Assembly: GCA_963735035.1 (NCBI GenBank)
Contig: CAVTJJ010000003.1
Coordinates: 384,001 to 448,000 of the forward strand
Reading direction: 5' to 3'
Source of the DNA: an uncultured candidate division Zixibacteria bacterium
Lineage (GTDB): Bacteria; Zixibacteria; MSB-5A5; GN15; FEB-12
DNA: 64,000 nt
Shown here: one piece after another, positions 49,857-58,912 of the stretch
Numbering within the stretch: the first letter of the stretch is position 1
How the letters are laid out: the number at the start of each line of letters is the position of its first letter
The notes under the pieces: generated by a model
The model's input: only the letters and a program-made list of their open reading frames with translations
Told to the model about the DNA's origin: nothing
Database searches by the model: none
Position numbers and translations under genes: made by a program

Positions 49857-50381
49857 ATGGCCAAACGACTCCGGCTCGATACGGACAACTCGACATATTT
49901 TCTAACCTTCGTCACGTGGAAGAGAATTCCTGTCTTCAGTCTCACGAAATTCGCCAACCTGGTAGTAGCCGCACTGAAGTTCTACTTGGAACGGAAGGAC
50001 TTTGACCTTCACGGTTATGCCATTATGCCTGACCACATTCATCTAATTCTGACGACGCACGGCGACGCTAAACCGGGTCGTATTGTAGGACGACTCAAGT
50101 CTTATCTTGCCCACGTGATCGTATACGACCAATCATTTCGTGCTTGCGACGAGCTGAAATCGTTCAATACTTCACCAGATTGGCGCCTTTGGGTGCCGCG
50201 CTTCGACGAAACAACTATCAGGAATCAGGAGATGGGAACACAATGCCTAAACTACATCCACCAAAATCCCGTCAAAGCTGGTCTGGTCTCAAACGTAAGT
50301 GACTTTCCCTATTCTTCTGCGTATTACTATGAGACTGGAGTTTTGAGACCTGGAGACTTGCAGATCACGCCTCTTTGTTGA
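49857..50381 (+). CDS. REP-associated tyrosine transposase (RAYT, Y1 HUH family)
   Basis: YFLTFVT, HUH motif MPDHIHL, LW..RFDE..IR, catalytic Tyr in NYIHQNPVKAGLV, and YSSA. Confidence 0.9.
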   Translation: MAKRLRLDTDNSTYFLTFVTWKRIPVFSLTKFANLVVAALKFYLERKDFDLHGYAIMPDHIHLILTTHGDAKPGRIVGRLKSYLAHVIVYDQSFRACDELKSFNTSPDWRLWVPRFDETTIRNQEMGTQCLNYIHQNPVKAGLVSNVSDFPYSSAYYYETGVLRPGDLQITPLC

Positions 50382-50397
50382 AACCAATCAGAGGAAA

Positions 50398-50830
50398 GAA
50401 CGGCAGGCACGGAGGCCTGCCGATCAAATCCCAGGGAGCTATCGGCACAAAATGATCTAGCCCTATATGTGATCGGTCCAAAATGTGGTCGGCCCCACTT
50501 TGTAATCGGCAGGGTTCCACCCCTGCCGGATTTCCGAAGACAAGAACGGCAGGCACGGAGGCCTGCCGATCAAATCTTGGGATCCCTGCCGAAACTCCGG
50601 AAGCAGGAACGGCAGGCACAGAGGCCTGCCGATCAAATCTTGGGATCCCTGCCGAAACTCCGGAAGCAGGAACGGCAGGCACAGAGGCCACTAACCTGAT
50701 CGGCAGGGTTCCACCCCTGCCGGATTTCTTAGAGCAGGAACGGCAGGCACAGAGGCCTGCCGATCAAATCTTGGGATCCCTGCCGAAACTCCGGAAGCAA
50801 GTAACGGCAGGCACGGAGGCCTGCCGATCA
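50398..50830. repeat. Right REP array (BIME-like) flanking the RAYT gene
   Basis: Six cggcaggcac.gaggcc copies, two full atcggcagggttccacccctgccg copies and three half copies (gggatccctgccg). Confidence 0.9.
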
Positions 50831-50838
50831 AGAGAAGC

Positions 50839-53800
50839 TCACACCCTTCCCAGCACCGCGCGGAGATACGCCAGCCGTTCGCTCTCGGCGATCTGCGATA
50901 GATCCAAATCAATTCGCGGATCACCCACCAGCGAAAACTGCAGCGGCTTGTCAGTCGCCTTGCGGAAACTCTCCACCTCCTGGCGCGTCAGTTTCCGATT
51001 CTCGATAAAGAACAGATTCGCCATACCGGAACGCATCTTCACCCGCTCGATCTCCAGCACCGCCGCCGAAACTTTCACCGCGGTCGCCTCGAACAGGTTC
51101 ACCGCCGACACGGGTGGGCGGCCGAAACGATCCATCACTTCTTCACGAATCTTCTCCACATCCTCGAGCGTCCGGCTTCCGGCCAAGCGGCGATAGATAT
51201 CGACCTTGTGTTCGTTGTCATTGATGTAAGTATCCGGCAGATAAATCTCGATATCGCACTCCAGCCTCGTCTCCGGCAGTTTCTGCAGCTCGGCCCCCTG
51301 GAGTCGCGCGATTGCTTCCTCGAGCATCTTTTGATACAGATCGTATCCCAATTCTTCGATGAACCCGGACTGCCTCGCCCCCAGCAGCGTGCCTGCGCCT
51401 CTGATTTCGAGATCGCGCATCGCCAGAGCGAATCCGGAGCCGAGGTCGGAGTGAGCTTCGAGCGCCCGCAATCGCTTGACCGCATCGCGGGTCATCAGCC
51501 GTGACTGCGGCGTCAGCAGATAGGCATAAGCGCGACGCGACGAACGCCCCACCCGTCCGCGCAACTGGTATAGCTGCGCCAGGCCGAACCGGTCGGCCCG
51601 GTTGATGATAATCGTATTGACATTGGTCATGTCGAGGCCGGACTCGATAATCGACGTGCACATGAGCACATCGAACCGCCCCTGCAGAAACGCCAGCATG
51701 ATGCCTTCGAGCGAGCGCTCGTGCATCTGGCCGTGGGCGATGCCGATCTCGACTTGCGGGAGATGTTTCTTGATATAGCGGTGCATCGCCTCAATGGTCT
51801 GCACGCGGTTGTGCACAAAGAATACTTGTCCGCCACGGTCGATCTCGCGAAGTATCGCAGTTGCGATTACCGCCGGGTCGAATTCGACAATTTCGGTGCT
51901 GATCGGAAGACGGTCTTTTGGCGATGTCGTAATCAGGCTCATGTCGCGAACGCCGATGAGCGACATCTGAAGCGTCCGTGGAATCGGGGTGGCAGTCAAC
52001 ACCAGCGTGTCGACAGAGGCCCTCAACTGACGTAGTTTCTCTTTGTGTTTGACACCGAAGCGATGTTCTTCATCGATGACCAGCAGACCCAGATCACTGA
52101 ATTCGACATCGCTCGACAGCAGGCGATGCGTCCCGATGACCAGATCAAGCTTCCCCGCCGCCAGCTCCTCGACCGTTTCCTTCTGCTGTTGTCGGGTACG
52201 GAAGCGAGACAAGAGCCCGATCTTCACGGGGAAATCGGCGAGCCGGTCGGAAAACGTCGCGAAATGCTGCTGTGCAAGAATTGTAGTCGGCACCAGCACC
52301 GCGACCTGTTTGCCGGCGTCGATAGCCTTGAATGCCGCGCGCACTGCTACTTCAGTCTTGCCGTAGCCGACATCGCCACACACCAGACGATCCATCGATT
52401 TCTCTTCGGCCATGTCCTTTTTGACTTCGACAATCGCCCGTGCCTGATCAGGCGTCTCCTCAAACGGGAATGATGCCTCAAGTTGTTTGAGCCAGACCGA
52501 ATCAGGTCCGAATGAGAATCCTTTCTGTGATTTGCGCGCGGCGTAGAGCTTGATGAGGTCCTCGGCCATCGTCTCGATAGCCTTCTCGGACCGTTTCTTG
52601 ATCTTCTCCCATCCGGGACCGCCCAGCTGCGTTAGCTGCGGCGCGCCGTCTTTACCGGAGTACTTGGAGACGCGGTTAAATTCTTCAATGGGGACATACA
52701 GCCGGTCTCGACCGGCGTATCCAAGCAGAAGACAGTCGCGATTGCGGTTGTCTACGGTGAGCGTTTGAAGGCCGAGGTATTTCGCAATCCCGAACTCGGT
52801 GTGTACGACGTAGTCGCCGACTTCCAGGGCGGTATAGTCGGAAATCGCCACGCCCTCTTTGAATTTCTTGCGGCGAAGACGACGATGGTGGCGGCCGAAG
52901 ATTTCGTGATCGGTCAGAATCGCCACACCGGCGTCGTGGCAGACGAAGCCGCCATTGAAGAAAGCCACTTCGACTTTGGGCTGAAAGCCGAGCTCTCCCT
53001 TCTCGACGATGAGTTCCTTAAGTCGCTCCGCCTGGGCATCAGTGTCGACTGCGATGAGATAGCTCAGACCACTTCGTTCATATCCCCTGATTTCCTGGGC
53101 CAGCAAGTCTAGACGAGAACCCAGCGCCGGATGAGGCGAGCAGCCGAACGCGATCGTGTCGGCCTTCCCTCCCTTGAAGGGGACTCGATCTATCTGGGTG
53201 TAGTTTGCCAGTCGTTCAAAGAGCTTGTCCGGAACGAAGTAATACTCTTCGGGTTTCGGCAGCGATTGCAGACGACTCTTCAGACGCTCCCGCAACCCGA
53301 CAGCTTCGGCCATGATGTCTTCGGCGGCCATTTGGAGCGAACCCTGTCCGCAGGTGTAGATAAGAGCGTTGTCGGGGATAAAATCCAGCAGACAACCCTG
53401 TGGCACGCCGAACAACACTGAGAGCCATTCCAATCCGGGGAGTTCGGGATCGTTGAGATACCGGGTACGGACATAATCGGCGTCGTCCTCGGGCATTCCT
53501 TCGAGATATTTTTCCAGCGTTTCCTGAGTAATTGGGATTTCACGACGCGGGAGCACCTGGACATGTTCGAGGCGTCCGGTGGTGCGCTGGTTGCCGACAT
53601 CGAACTGACGAATAGTGTCGATGTCAGTGCCGAAGAATTCGACTCGAACCGGGGCGTCGGATCCGGGCGTAAAAAAATCAATGAGGCCGCCACGCTGGGC
53701 AAAATCACCCACTTCTTCGACCAGCGCCACTCGTCGGAAACCTAACCTCACGAGTCGACGCACCAGTTCATCAGGATCGGTCTCAGCGCCAACGTGCAAA

Positions 53801-54270
53801 TCGATCCGGCCAGCGTGGAGGGCGTCGACCGGGATCGTCGGTTCCATAAGGGCCCGAGTCGGGCAGACGGTTACCGCGATACGCCCGTCGGATATTCCGG
53901 CCAGGGTGGAAATACGCCGCCCCATAATTTCGCCCACCGGGGCTCTGAAATCATACGGTAGGATCTGGCGCGCGGGATAATGACCGACCCGATCGTCGCC
54001 CATCAGGAAGCGAAGGTCATCGTAGATATCCCCCGCTTCGTCCGGTCGGTCGGTGATAACCAGAATCGGGCGGGCGAATTCTTCATTCAGCGCTTGCAAC
54101 AGAAAGGCTTCAGCCGAGCCGGCCATGCCGGAGACACTGACGGTCTTGCGGTCAGCCGTTCGAACAGCCGAGGCCAGTTCGGTAAACGCCGCAGAATGTC
54201 GCCATAGGCGGAGAATCTTGTCCAGGGTGCGCTCGGCGGCCGGGGTCGCCGTGTCCGGCTTCTCGTTCAT
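50839..54270 (-). CDS. mfd: Transcription-repair coupling factor
   Basis: UvrB-like N-terminus, [43 protein letters not shown] and a TRCF C-domain. Confidence 0.97.
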   Translation of the reverse strand: MNEKPDTATPAAERTLDKILRLWRHSAAFTELASAVRTADRKTVSVSGMAGSAEAFLLQALNEEFARPILVITDRPDEAGDIYDDLRFLMGDDRVGHYPARQILPYDFRAPVGEIMGRRISTLAGISDGRIAVTVCPTRALMEPTIPVDALHAGRIDLHVGAETDPDELVRRLVRLGFRRVALVEEVGDFAQRGGLIDFFTPGSDAPVRVEFFGTDIDTIRQFDVGNQRTTGRLEHVQVLPRREIPITQETLEKYLEGMPEDDADYVRTRYLNDPELPGLEWLSVLFGVPQGCLLDFIPDNALIYTCGQGSLQMAAEDIMAEAVGLRERLKSRLQSLPKPEEYYFVPDKLFERLANYTQIDRVPFKGGKADTIAFGCSPHPALGSRLDLLAQEIRGYERSGLSYLIAVDTDAQAERLKELIVEKGELGFQPKVEVAFFNGGFVCHDAGVAILTDHEIFGRHHRRLRRKKFKEGVAISDYTALEVGDYVVHTEFGIAKYLGLQTLTVDNRNRDCLLLGYAGRDRLYVPIEEFNRVSKYSGKDGAPQLTQLGGPGWEKIKKRSEKAIETMAEDLIKLYAARKSQKGFSFGPDSVWLKQLEASFPFEETPDQARAIVEVKKDMAEEKSMDRLVCGDVGYGKTEVAVRAAFKAIDAGKQVAVLVPTTILAQQHFATFSDRLADFPVKIGLLSRFRTRQQQKETVEELAAGKLDLVIGTHRLLSSDVEFSDLGLLVIDEEHRFGVKHKEKLRQLRASVDTLVLTATPIPRTLQMSLIGVRDMSLITTSPKDRLPISTEIVEFDPAVIATAILREIDRGGQVFFVHNRVQTIEAMHRYIKKHLPQVEIGIAHGQMHERSLEGIMLAFLQGRFDVLMCTSIIESGLDMTNVNTIIINRADRFGLAQLYQLRGRVGRSSRRAYAYLLTPQSRLMTRDAVKRLRALEAHSDLGSGFALAMRDLEIRGAGTLLGARQSGFIEELGYDLYQKMLEEAIARLQGAELQKLPETRLECDIEIYLPDTYINDNEHKVDIYRRLAGSRTLEDVEKIREEVMDRFGRPPVSAVNLFEATAVKVSAAVLEIERVKMRSGMANLFFIENRKLTRQEVESFRKATDKPLQFSLVGDPRIDLDLSQIAESERLAYLRAVLGRV

Positions 54271-54384
54271 AGATCGTCTTTGCTCTAACGCCAAAACCCC
54301 GGATCCACTTGGACCGGGGTGTGGTCGAGTTATTCTTGGGGGGAATATACGAGCTTTGAAGCGGGGCGCCAACGATTAAGGCGT

Positions 54385-55239
54385 CTATAAACTGGGCGCC
54401 AGGTCCTGGCCTACTTCTATCTGGTCGTACATCTTTTCACGTTCCAGATACAGGACAATAAGCGAAATTCGCCGATTACGAGGGTCCTGAGGCTGGCTTA
54501 CTATCATGGGGAATTGATCGGCGTAGCCGCGAACTTCCCGTACCTGATTGGCATAGAGCCCGGAGACTTCCATGAGCTGGCGGGCGGCGTTGGCCCGGTC
54601 GGCGGACAACTCCCAGTTCGAATATTCGCCATCGTTGGAGCCGCTACGGTCGGTATGTCCTTCGATTACCATTCGATTTTGGAGTTTGCCAAGTTCGCGG
54701 GCAATCGTGACCAGAATGATAGCACTCTTCTGGAGCAGCTTGGCCGAACCAGGTTCGAAGAAGGCCGGGGAGTTTTCCGATTCGTTCAGGATGATCCGAA
54801 GGCCTTCGGAGGTCATCTGCAGCTTGATGTTCTGCTTGAGGCGGTCGAACTCTTTTTGCTTTTCCAATTCTTGCAGAATCTCTTTCGCAACCAGGGCTAG
54901 CTTCTCGGCGTCATCCTTGGCTCCAGAGGCTTCTTTTTCCTGGGGGGCCTTAACAATGCTTGACGGATCATTCTTGGATGGGATCATGGCGTCTGAGCCT
55001 TTGAGCGCGCCCGACTTGCCCATTTGCTGGTATTTGCCTGGATCGCGGAAATAACTGGACACGGCTTGCTTGACCTTGTCCGACTGACCGACCAGCCACA
55101 TCACCAGGAAGAACGCCATCATCGCGGTCATGAAATCCGCAAAGGCGACTTTCCAGGAGCCGCCGTGATGACCGGCTCCGTGTCCACCACCCTTCTTTCT
55201 TCTGATGATGATCGGAGTATTTTCGGAACCTTCGGCCAC
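54385..55239 (-). CDS. motB: Flagellar motor stator protein MotB
   Basis: HGGSWKVAFADFMTAMMAFFLVMWL, EGHTD, NWELSADRAN and NRRI motifs. Confidence 0.92.
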   Translation of the reverse strand: MAEGSENTPIIIRRKKGGGHGAGHHGGSWKVAFADFMTAMMAFFLVMWLVGQSDKVKQAVSSYFRDPGKYQQMGKSGALKGSDAMIPSKNDPSSIVKAPQEKEASGAKDDAEKLALVAKEILQELEKQKEFDRLKQNIKLQMTSEGLRIILNESENSPAFFEPGSAKLLQKSAIILVTIARELGKLQNRMVIEGHTDRSGSNDGEYSNWELSADRANAARQLMEVSGLYANQVREVRGYADQFPMIVSQPQDPRNRRISLIVLYLEREKMYDQIEVGQDLAPSL

Positions 55240-55243
55240 GAGA

Positions 55244-56104
55244 CTACCTCTTCTTGGACTCGTTGCAGGCAGTCTCTAATTCGAGGAATCCGGGGCGTAT
55301 GTCGGCGAACAAAGACCGACGCGCAAACTCTACAGCAATCACGCCGGCCACACCTTTGTGGAAGGACAGTAGAGCGTGTTTCATCAGGCCGAGATACTGG
55401 CTGTTCTCGTCGACCCGCGCCCTGAGACTGTTCGAGAGCGGCCCGACAAATCCGTAGCAGGCCAGCACACCTATGAATGTTCCTACCAGAGCGGCGGCGA
55501 CGTTGCGGCCGATGATTTCCGGGCCACCATCGAGTTCGGACATAGTAACCACGATACCCAGCACGGCGGCGACAATGCCGAGGCCGGGAAGTGAATCGGC
55601 GATAGTCGCCAGAGCGGACGGGCCGCGCAATTCGTCGTTATGCGTGATTTCGAGATCCGAATCCATCAGATCTTCCAGATCGTGAGGTTGCACCGAACCG
55701 GAAATAATTACCCTCATCGTGTCGCAGAAGAAGTCAACCGCGTGATGGTTGGCGAGAAATTTTGGGTACCGCTTGAAAATATCGCTCTCCTGGGGATGTT
55801 CGATATGGTTTTCGAGACCGACCAGACCGTCACGACGGGCCACGTTAAAGATTTCGTACATCATGACCAGGAGATCGAGGTAATCTTTCTTCGTGAAGCT
55901 TGGGCCCTTGAAAACGCCGAGAAGTTGAGACACGAGCGACTTCAACACAGCGAGCGGCGTGGCAATAATCAGCGACCCGAGTGCAGCGCCGCCGATGATA
56001 ATGAACTCGTTGGGCTGGTTGAGGGCCAGAACTTTGCCACCGTGCATCATAAACCCGGTTATCACGCACCCTATTACAACCGCTGCCCCAACAAGAAAAA
56101 GCAT
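55244..56104 (-). CDS. motA: Flagellar motor stator protein MotA
   Basis: QPNEFIIIGG, ARRDGLVGLE, LPGLGIVAAVLG, AALVGTFIG and AVEFARR motifs. Confidence 0.93.
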   Translation of the reverse strand: MLFLVGAAVVIGCVITGFMMHGGKVLALNQPNEFIIIGGAALGSLIIATPLAVLKSLVSQLLGVFKGPSFTKKDYLDLLVMMYEIFNVARRDGLVGLENHIEHPQESDIFKRYPKFLANHHAVDFFCDTMRVIISGSVQPHDLEDLMDSDLEITHNDELRGPSALATIADSLPGLGIVAAVLGIVVTMSELDGGPEIIGRNVAAALVGTFIGVLACYGFVGPLSNSLRARVDENSQYLGLMKHALLSFHKGVAGVIAVEFARRSLFADIRPGFLELETACNESKKR

Positions 56105-56327
56105 AAGTCCGTTTCTCTCTGTCTTGCGAACTTCGCGAACCTACTCGGTATCACTTTGATTTTCGGCGAGTTAGCGAAAATCTGTAGCATGGGCCGGTTT
56201 TCAAGTGCCCGATACTGCAGATACCACTTTAGCCGGTTCGAAAAACTTTGTCTTTTCCGCCATTCCGAAGTACTATTGATATGATCCAAGACGGGGCATC
56301 TGAACGACTTGCAGCGATGAGGCAGAA

Positions 56328-57686
56328 TTGCGACTACTAACCGAAAAGCGCGTCTTAATCCTGTTGGCGACAATTATGGCCCTAGCTGCCAATTCTCTGG
56401 TATTTGGCTCCACGACCGAAATGACGGGCGGGGCGGGGTCCCCCCAGGGAGGGCCGGTCATGCAGGTTTTGCTGGGGCTGATTGTAATCCTGCTGGCCGC
56501 CAAACTCGGAGGGGATCTTTTCGAGCGCATAAAACAACCGGCGGTGCTGGGCGAATTAGTCTTCGGTATAGTGATCGGCAACCTGAACTTACTGGGTTTC
56601 GACGCACTGGAAGGATTCAAGCAGAACGTTACACTCGAAATTCTCGCCCAAATCGGCGTGATAATACTGCTCTTCCAGGTCGGGCTGGAAACTACCGTGA
56701 AAGAGATGATGAAAGTCGGCCTGGCATCGTTCCTGGTGGCAACTTTTGGTGTCGTGGCGCCGTTTTTCCTCGGCTGGGGTGTCGGAGTGCTGTTCCTTCC
56801 GGACGCCAGCCCGCTGGTTCATGTCTTTATCGGGGCTACACTTACGGCGACCTCGGTCGGCATCACCGCCCGCGTTTTGAAAGACATCGGGAAGATCGAC
56901 ACGAAGGAGGCCCGAATTATTCTCGGGGCGGCTGTCATCGACGACATCCTCGGTCTCGTCATTCTGGCGGTTGTCTCGGGCATTATAACCGCGGCCGGAT
57001 CGGGATCTGCGGGAGGAATCGGGATAGGACAGGTGGTCTGGATTATCGCAAAAGCGCTGTTGTTCATTGTGGGCGCGATCGTGATCGGGTCAGTGGTCCT
57101 GCCGCGCTATTTCAAGTTTGGTTTCCGCCTTCGCGGCAAGGGTGTATTCCTTTCGTTTTGCTTACTGATTTGTTTTCTGCTGTCTTACATCGCCGGAGAA
57201 GTCGGATTGGCGCCAATCGTGGGGGCGTTTGCTGCCGGATTAATTCTCGAAGAAATTCAGTATCAGGATTTCCGACAGGCCGGCGAGCATCGTATACAAG
57301 AGTTGGTCGAGCCAATCGGGACATTTCTTGTGCCGATCTTCTTTGTGTCAATGGGCATGTCGGTGGACTTAAGAACGTTTGCCAATGTCCAGATTCTCGG
57401 TTTTGCGACAGTCTTGACCGTAGCGGCTATTGTGAGCAAACAGGTCTGCGGACTCGCGATTTTCCAGCGCGGCGTTGACCGGCTTTCAATCGGCCTGGGA
57501 ATGATCCCACGGGGCGAAGTAGGGTTAATTTTCGCGGGAATCGGGGCCCGGCTTATGATCGACGGTGAACCGGTGGTTTCGGGCGGCACGTATTCGGCGG
57601 TGGTCATCATGGTGATCGTGACGACTCTGGTGACACCGCCGCTGCTCAAATTTTCGATGTTGAGGCTGGATCACCGTGGCGAATAA
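56328..57686 (+). CDS. CPA2-family cation:proton antiporter
   Basis: PAVLGEL, LLFQVGLE, ATSVGITARVL, AAVIDD, GAFAAG and GMIPRGEV motifs. Confidence 0.92.
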   Translation: MRLLTEKRVLILLATIMALAANSLVFGSTTEMTGGAGSPQGGPVMQVLLGLIVILLAAKLGGDLFERIKQPAVLGELVFGIVIGNLNLLGFDALEGFKQNVTLEILAQIGVIILLFQVGLETTVKEMMKVGLASFLVATFGVVAPFFLGWGVGVLFLPDASPLVHVFIGATLTATSVGITARVLKDIGKIDTKEARIILGAAVIDDILGLVILAVVSGIITAAGSGSAGGIGIGQVVWIIAKALLFIVGAIVIGSVVLPRYFKFGFRLRGKGVFLSFCLLICFLLSYIAGEVGLAPIVGAFAAGLILEEIQYQDFRQAGEHRIQELVEPIGTFLVPIFFVSMGMSVDLRTFANVQILGFATVLTVAAIVSKQVCGLAIFQRGVDRLSIGLGMIPRGEVGLIFAGIGARLMIDGEPVVSGGTYSAVVIMVIVTTLVTPPLLKFSMLRLDHRGE

Positions 57687-57855
57687 ATACTCCGACTCCA
57701 GTTCAAAAGGAATCTGCGGAAAGACTTGACACGGCCAAAGCCCGGGGTATCTGGACGATCTAATTGCGTGGTGGAGTCCGCCGCGGCGGAGTAGCTCGAC
57801 GGGCTCATGGTCATTAGGCGTCGGAAGTCAGTTTCAGAATTAAAGAAACGAGGGC

Positions 57856-58122
57856 ATGTTGGGATTCGTCGTATATGTCATCAGATCCAAGAGTGGGAAA
57901 CAGTACATCGGTCATACCTCCGATCTGGATCGAAGACTTGTCGAGCATAACACAGGTCTATGCAAGACCACGAAAGTGGATACCGGATGGATCGTGGTGT
58001 ATCAAGAGGCTTGTTCGAATCGCGGTGAAGCACTCAAACGAGAACGCTGGCTCAAGACCGGAGTCGGTCGTGAGTATCTGAAGAAGCAAATCAAAGCATC
58101 TTCGGGAACAGATTCGCATTGA
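57856..58122 (+). CDS. Small stand-alone GIY-YIG nuclease
   Basis: VYVI...YIGHT.DL.RRL.EHN...EALKRERWLKTGVGRE; GAGGG RBS. Confidence 0.9.
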   Translation: MLGFVVYVIRSKSGKQYIGHTSDLDRRLVEHNTGLCKTTKVDTGWIVVYQEACSNRGEALKRERWLKTGVGREYLKKQIKASSGTDSH

Positions 58123-58455
58123 ACTGGAATCTGCGGAAAGACCTAACTCAGCCGTTGCACGGATATTTTGGACGATCTAATCGCGGGGTGGAGTCCGCCG
58201 CGGCGGAGTAGCTCGACGGGCTTCACAAAAGGAATCTGCGGAAAGAAGTAACTCGGCCGACGCACGGATATCTTGGACGAACTAATCGCGGGGTGGCGTC
58301 CGCCGCGGCGGAGTAGCCCGTCGGGCTCAAAAGGAATCTGCGGAAAGACTTGACACGGCCAAAGACCAGGCTATATCGGGCCCCCTGATTGCGGTGTGGA
58401 GTCCGCCGCAGCGGAGTAGCTCGACGGGCTTCACAAAAGGAATCTGCAGAAAGAC

Positions 58456-58483
58456 TTGACACGGCCAAAGCCTCCGGTATATT
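58456..58483 (+). promoter_or_regulatory. Sigma70 promoter of tRNA-fMet
   Basis: TTGACA (58456-58461), 16-nt spacer, TATATT (58478-58483), and a GC-rich discriminator. TTGACA is also retained in units 1 and 4. Confidence 0.75.
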
Positions 58484-58495
58484 GGGCTCCCTGAT

Positions 58496-58572
<77 letters not shown>

Positions 58573-58576
58573 ATTT

Positions 58577-58616
58577 CAAACCTCTGAGGGATAACAACTT
58601 CGGAGGTTTCATTTTT
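58577..58616 (+). terminator. Probable terminator after the tRNA
   Basis: aaacctctgag...ttcggaggttt hairpin followed by cattttt. Confidence 0.5.
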
Positions 58617-58709
58617 CTGCCAAATCCACAACAAAAATACAGAAGTCCACACATTACTCTCGTAGGTGTTTCACCCGCGTTGTCAACCCTCATAGGCGTG
58701 TAGGTAACC

Positions 58710-58912
58710 CCGACAGGTCGGACGTCAAGCAGAATCAAATCCGGCAGAAATCGGCTATCTGGATCGACAACTGATTTCTGCTCCATAAGCTAAATCAGCG
58801 CCTGATCTCCATCGGACGGATGGGTAGCCCTATTTACCGGTGATTGTTGCCGAAAGCAACTCCTGATAAGATCCGCTTGATCCGGGTTATCTTCAATGAG
58901 CAGGACGGGCAT
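58710..58912 (-). pseudogene. Decayed single-domain response regulator
   Basis: Manual translation MPVLLIEDNPDQADLIRSCF...DGDQALI*LMEQ...PDLILLDVRP shows an in-frame TAG at 58790-58792; similarity is lost after the phospho-acceptor Asp. Confidence 0.75.

Larger units (their letters stand above)
57704..58495 (+). repeat. Array of ~100-106-bp units: tRNA promoter region plus modified 5' half of tRNA-fMet
   Basis: Units at 57704-57808, 58126-58225, 58226-58329 and 58328-58433; a fifth upstream region at 58434-58495 leads into the intact tRNA. Consensus caaaaggaatctgcggaaagac...cgcggggtggag-tccgccgcggcgga-gtagctcgacgggct(t)ca. Confidence 0.92.

Noticed and set aside
49461..50830. Possible CRISPR array
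   Set aside because: The repeats alternate in orientation, the spacers are themselves repeated, there are no cas genes, and a RAYT lies in the middle; these are REP/BIME arrays.
50365..51196. Repetitive-peptide ORFs (e.g. 50483..51196 and 50365..50691)
   Set aside because: They are translations of the REP array and the antisense strand of mfd, not credible proteins.
54385..56104. Zorya ZorAB anti-phage module
   Set aside because: MotA has normal length with no long cytoplasmic tail, both proteins carry canonical flagellar stator motifs, and there are no zorC/D/E-like neighbours.
57809..58125. Group I intron with a homing endonuclease in the tRNA-fMet anticodon loop
   Set aside because: Only about 47 nt precede the ORF and about 3 nt follow it, leaving no room for a ribozyme core; the ORF is followed by another promoter/5'-half unit, not the tRNA 3' exon.
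57704..58433. Possible CRISPR array or additional tRNA genes
   Set aside because: The units are similar along their whole length with no unique spacers, and they lack the tRNA 3' half, so they cannot fold as tRNAs.
58790..58792. Recoded TAG (pyrrolysine or readthrough) in the response regulator
   Set aside because: The gene is also truncated after the acceptor Asp, and TAG is used as a normal stop elsewhere in the window; simple decay is more likely.
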